Source of the DNA: an uncultured Spirochaetia bacterium
GTDB taxonomy: Bacteria; Spirochaetota; Spirochaetia; CAZKOK01
Assembly (NCBI GenBank): GCA_964554355.1
Contig: CAZKOK010000001.1
Span: forward strand, 1-27,222
Direction of reading: 5' to 3'
Length of the DNA stretch: 27,222 nt
The notes beneath the pieces are model-generated. The model saw nothing but the letters and a program-made list of their open reading frames with translations, was not told where the DNA came from and made no database searches. Shown here in pieces: positions 24,776-27,222 of the stretch (positions within the stretch are counted from its first letter, which is position 1; every line of letters starts with the position of its first letter). The position numbers and the translations under genes were made by a program.

Positions 24776-25753
24776 TCAGCTGCTGCGTTTGAGAATCCTG
24801 TAAACCAGAAAACTCAGCCATGGCGACGGCTGCTTTTTGTCGGCAAAACTCCAGTCCTTCCAGGATCTGTACATTGATGCTGCCCGGTACATTCCATCCG
24901 GGTCAGCCTGGGATGTCAGCGCTTCAAGCATTTCTTTGTAACGTTTGTCGCTGGCTGCAGCCGGATAGCGCGACAGTACTTCGAGTACATGCAGAATATT
25001 GTACCAGACATATGGGTATTTTATTTTTCCAAAATCCGCGCCGACACCGAAAAGATAGTATTTTATCTCCCCTCTTTTTTCCCAGTGGGAAAGGAGCATT
25101 TCTATTCCGTTAGCGATGCTTTCTGCATACTTTTCATGAAGTTCCGGAAAAAGGGAAAGGGCCTTCAGGGCATAAATATTCACAACAGGACAGGGGTCAT
25201 CTTTTTTCCCCGGACCACGGAATTTTCCCAGATTCGTATCGCAGACGCAGCGCCAGCCGTTTTCGCTGCATATTCCGACCAGAAGCTCTGCAGCCCTGTT
25301 CAGCTTTTGGTTTCCCCTGCAGCCCAAAGCTTTCAGGCTGTACAGAAGTGTCGGCATATCGCAGATTATCCAGGTCCAGGTGTCCGAATTATTGCCGCCG
25401 AATGCTTTCGGGATATTTGTAAGCGTCTGAATGCCTCCATCCCCACTTATATGTTCAAGCACCCTGCTGCAGGCTGAGTTTATTTCCGGTACATCGCATT
25501 CAAGACCAAAATCTGCAAGGGCGCTGAATGCATATATCGGATATGAGGCATCGTTATGACGTGTAAAAGCCTTTTCTCCCCAGGTGTTTATTTTTTCTAG
25601 CAGGTTTTTTACCAGAGGGTGCGTTATCATTCCGGCGTAGGCAGCTGCGGCAGACGGTTCCGTTTTATCCATTCCGGCAAGGTCTGTCATGGTCCGGTAT
25701 TCCGTCCAGGGTTCACCTGATTTCATCAGTTTTTCAGTTATTTCGTTTTTCAT
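24776..25753 (-). CDS. Uncharacterised alpha-helical (prenyltransferase/terpene-cyclase-like alpha/alpha toroid) protein, 325 aa
   Basis: AGGAG upstream of ATG 25753. Helical repeats with QW-like turns (ENGWRC, DPDGMY) and motifs DDPCP, KYPYVWYNILHVLEVL and PSPWLS. Confidence 0.72.
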   Translation of the reverse strand: MKNEITEKLMKSGEPWTEYRTMTDLAGMDKTEPSAAAAYAGMITHPLVKNLLEKINTWGEKAFTRHNDASYPIYAFSALADFGLECDVPEINSACSRVLEHISGDGGIQTLTNIPKAFGGNNSDTWTWIICDMPTLLYSLKALGCRGNQKLNRAAELLVGICSENGWRCVCDTNLGKFRGPGKKDDPCPVVNIYALKALSLFPELHEKYAESIANGIEMLLSHWEKRGEIKYYLFGVGADFGKIKYPYVWYNILHVLEVLSRYPAAASDKRYKEMLEALTSQADPDGMYRAASMYRSWKDWSFADKKQPSPWLSFLVYRILKRSS

Positions 25754-26713
25754 TATTCTCTCTCCTGTTAATATCAAGGTATGAACGGAATATTGTTTCT
25801 TCGATTTGCTGCTTTAGCCTCTCAGGTTCAATCACGCGTATTCCGGGCAGATAACTGAGGGCCGTCCGTAAGGCTCATTCACTGTCGCTTGTTTCAAAAA
25901 CAACCCTTGTTTCACCGGATTTGTTCTTTTCCACGGATTTCCAGACAGATCGCTCGCTTTCTGCAAGCTTCTCATATCCCGGATTAATTCCGAAAACACA
26001 GCGGTATACAGGCCTGCTGATTTTCTCCTGGTGCAGGTATGATTCAAAATCAAATTCATTATTTACAGTGAATATTTCCTCAAGCTCTTCGATTCTAATG
26101 ATCCGGTCAACCCGAAATGTCCTTACCTGTCTGCGCAGATGACAGTAACCGACCGCATACCACCAGCCCCAACGGTGAATTATTCCGTAAAAATCAACAT
26201 TTCTTGTTTTTCTGCCGTCTTCCCGCCCTGCATAAAGCAGCTGTGCCCTTTTCTTAAGCCTGATGCTCTCTTTTATCTTCTTAAGTACAGGAACAATCTT
26301 TTTCATATCCGAACGGTGAAAGTTTCTGGCTGTATACACGCCCTTCGTGCCTTCCACTTCTTCCCGTATCTCGCGCGGAAGGACATTTTCCAGCTTGACA
26401 ATGGCAGACCTTGTTTCCTGCCTGTAGATATCAGCCCACAGCTCTTCAACCATTGCCGCCCCCAGATACAGGGCACCGGCTTCTTCTGCCGCAAATACCA
26501 TGGGCGGAAGCGAATATCCGGCCACCAGAGAAAACCCGCCAGCCGGGCCGCGTTCTGAATAAAGAGGGATACCCATATCTTCGAGCATGCTGAAATATCT
26601 GTGGACTGTCCGCACAGATACTCCTAGTTTTTCTGCAAGTTCTCCGGCTTTCCTGTTGGGTTTTTCTGCATGTATAAAAGCAGAGCAAGCAGTTTTGCTG
26701 CAGGATTCGGCAT
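25734..26713 (-). pseudogene. YafY-like HTH-WYL-WCX transcriptional regulator, disrupted
   Basis: The true start is ATG 26713 (GGAG RBS; MPNPAAKLLALLLYMQK). A 1-nt deficit in the A5 run at 26661-26665 shifts into PNRKAGELAEKLGVSVRTVHRY, and the WYL core is WYAVGYCHLRRQVRTFRVDRI. The TGA at 25875 sits where Trp fits, and the frame continues ALRTALSYLPGIRVIEPERLKQQI to 25734. Confidence 0.88.
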
Positions 26714-26746
26714 AACATCTCCGTTTCATGAAAAGAGGATACAGTA

Positions 26747-26767
26747 ATTATATGTCAGATTATGTCA
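26747..26767 (-). promoter_or_regulatory. WYL gene -10 box with an adjacent TGACA-N5-TGACA direct repeat
   Basis: Minus-strand TATAAT at 26747-26752. TATGTCA is repeated at 26751-26757 and 26761-26767 (10-bp period). Confidence 0.55.
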
Positions 26768-26828
26768 TATTTATAAATTTTTTTTAAAATTTAATTTTAT
26801 ATACTGAGATCAGGTATAAACTGATAAT

Positions 26829-27222
26829 ATGGAAAAAAAAGAACTTGATATTGAAAAATACATTTCGAAATACTCATCTGCGGAAAAGCTGAAATATATT
26901 TACAATTATGAAAACAATCTGGATTTTTCGCATAATATGAAAATTCTCAAAGCCAACAGCATTTCGTTTGTAAATATTGATGACTTTTTCATAAATTTGC
27001 CCGATGTCTTCTTTTCAAGAATTGAAAAATCAGTACAGGAACTGAGCAAAGAAAACAGGGCTGAACTTTTAAAAAAGACAAAGACTCAGCCCGGGAAAAA
27101 AGGCGTCCTTCAGGCGGCAGGCGAAGAACTCGTTTTTGCGGAATTAGCCGGTCCCAAAACAAAATTCCGACAGCTGTGGGAGCTCAAATTTACCCATTAC
27201 CCTCCCGATGAATGGAACCCGG
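26829..27222 (+). CDS. Hypothetical protein, 5' part only (runs off the window)
   Basis: An open frame of 131 codons from ATG 26829 (MEKKELDIEKYISKYSSAEKLKYIY...) with no stop before the end. No family recognised. Confidence 0.7.
   Translation, partial: MEKKELDIEKYISKYSSAEKLKYIYNYENNLDFSHNMKILKANSISFVNIDDFFINLPDVFFSRIEKSVQELSKENRAELLKKTKTQPGKKGVLQAAGEELVFAELAGPKTKFRQLWELKFTHYPPDEWNP

Noticed and set aside
24776-25753. Possible NifH, a label I recall on similar proteins
   Set aside because: No P-loop GKGGIGKS and no NifH Cys pattern; the sequence is a helical-repeat protein.
25875-25877. TGA at a Trp position as evidence for genetic code 4 or stop recoding
   Set aside because: TGA is used as a normal stop elsewhere in the window (2498-2500, 17313-17315 with a TGATG overlap, 21559-21561), so a nonsense change is simpler.
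1-27222. CRISPR array, tRNA/rRNA, transposase or integrase, prophage
   Set aside because: No regularly spaced direct repeats, RNA gene signatures, DDE/tyrosine recombinase motifs or phage structural genes were seen. The HTH at 7251 is excisionase-like but is fused to EIIA.

Overview
Accessory region of an anaerobic bacterium, most likely a free-living or host-associated spirochaete. This assignment is inferred from the MCP style, the HTH-EIIA fusion, the lipoproteins and a remnant of a [FeFe]-hydrogenase-like sensor. I count about 31 genes or gene remnants and see no rRNA, tRNA, CRISPR array or transposase. Intact genes encode an MCP plus an orphan solute-binding lipoprotein, two TetR regulators with readable operators, a hot-dog thioesterase, an HTH-PTS EIIA fusion, a DUF2271-like exported protein, a STAS/SEC14-like protein, and a 1446-aa single-chain activase/dehydratase with the architecture of PlsA/Ger ether-lipid enzymes. 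Also intact are a DUF998-like membrane protein, an ArsR/split-permease/TIGR04076-like cluster, a radical SAM protein, an RsbW-like kinase, DUF4846, a large ArsR-type regulator with a small upstream ORF, and an alpha/alpha-toroid protein. Six genes are broken by internal deletions, frameshifts or a nonsense codon. They encode a histidine kinase, an MDR oxidoreductase, an SGNH hydrolase, a secreted protein, the hydrogenase-like sensor and a WYL regulator. The ORF track hides this because several lesions create spurious fused ORFs. All family assignments come from motif recognition by eye, with no database searches.
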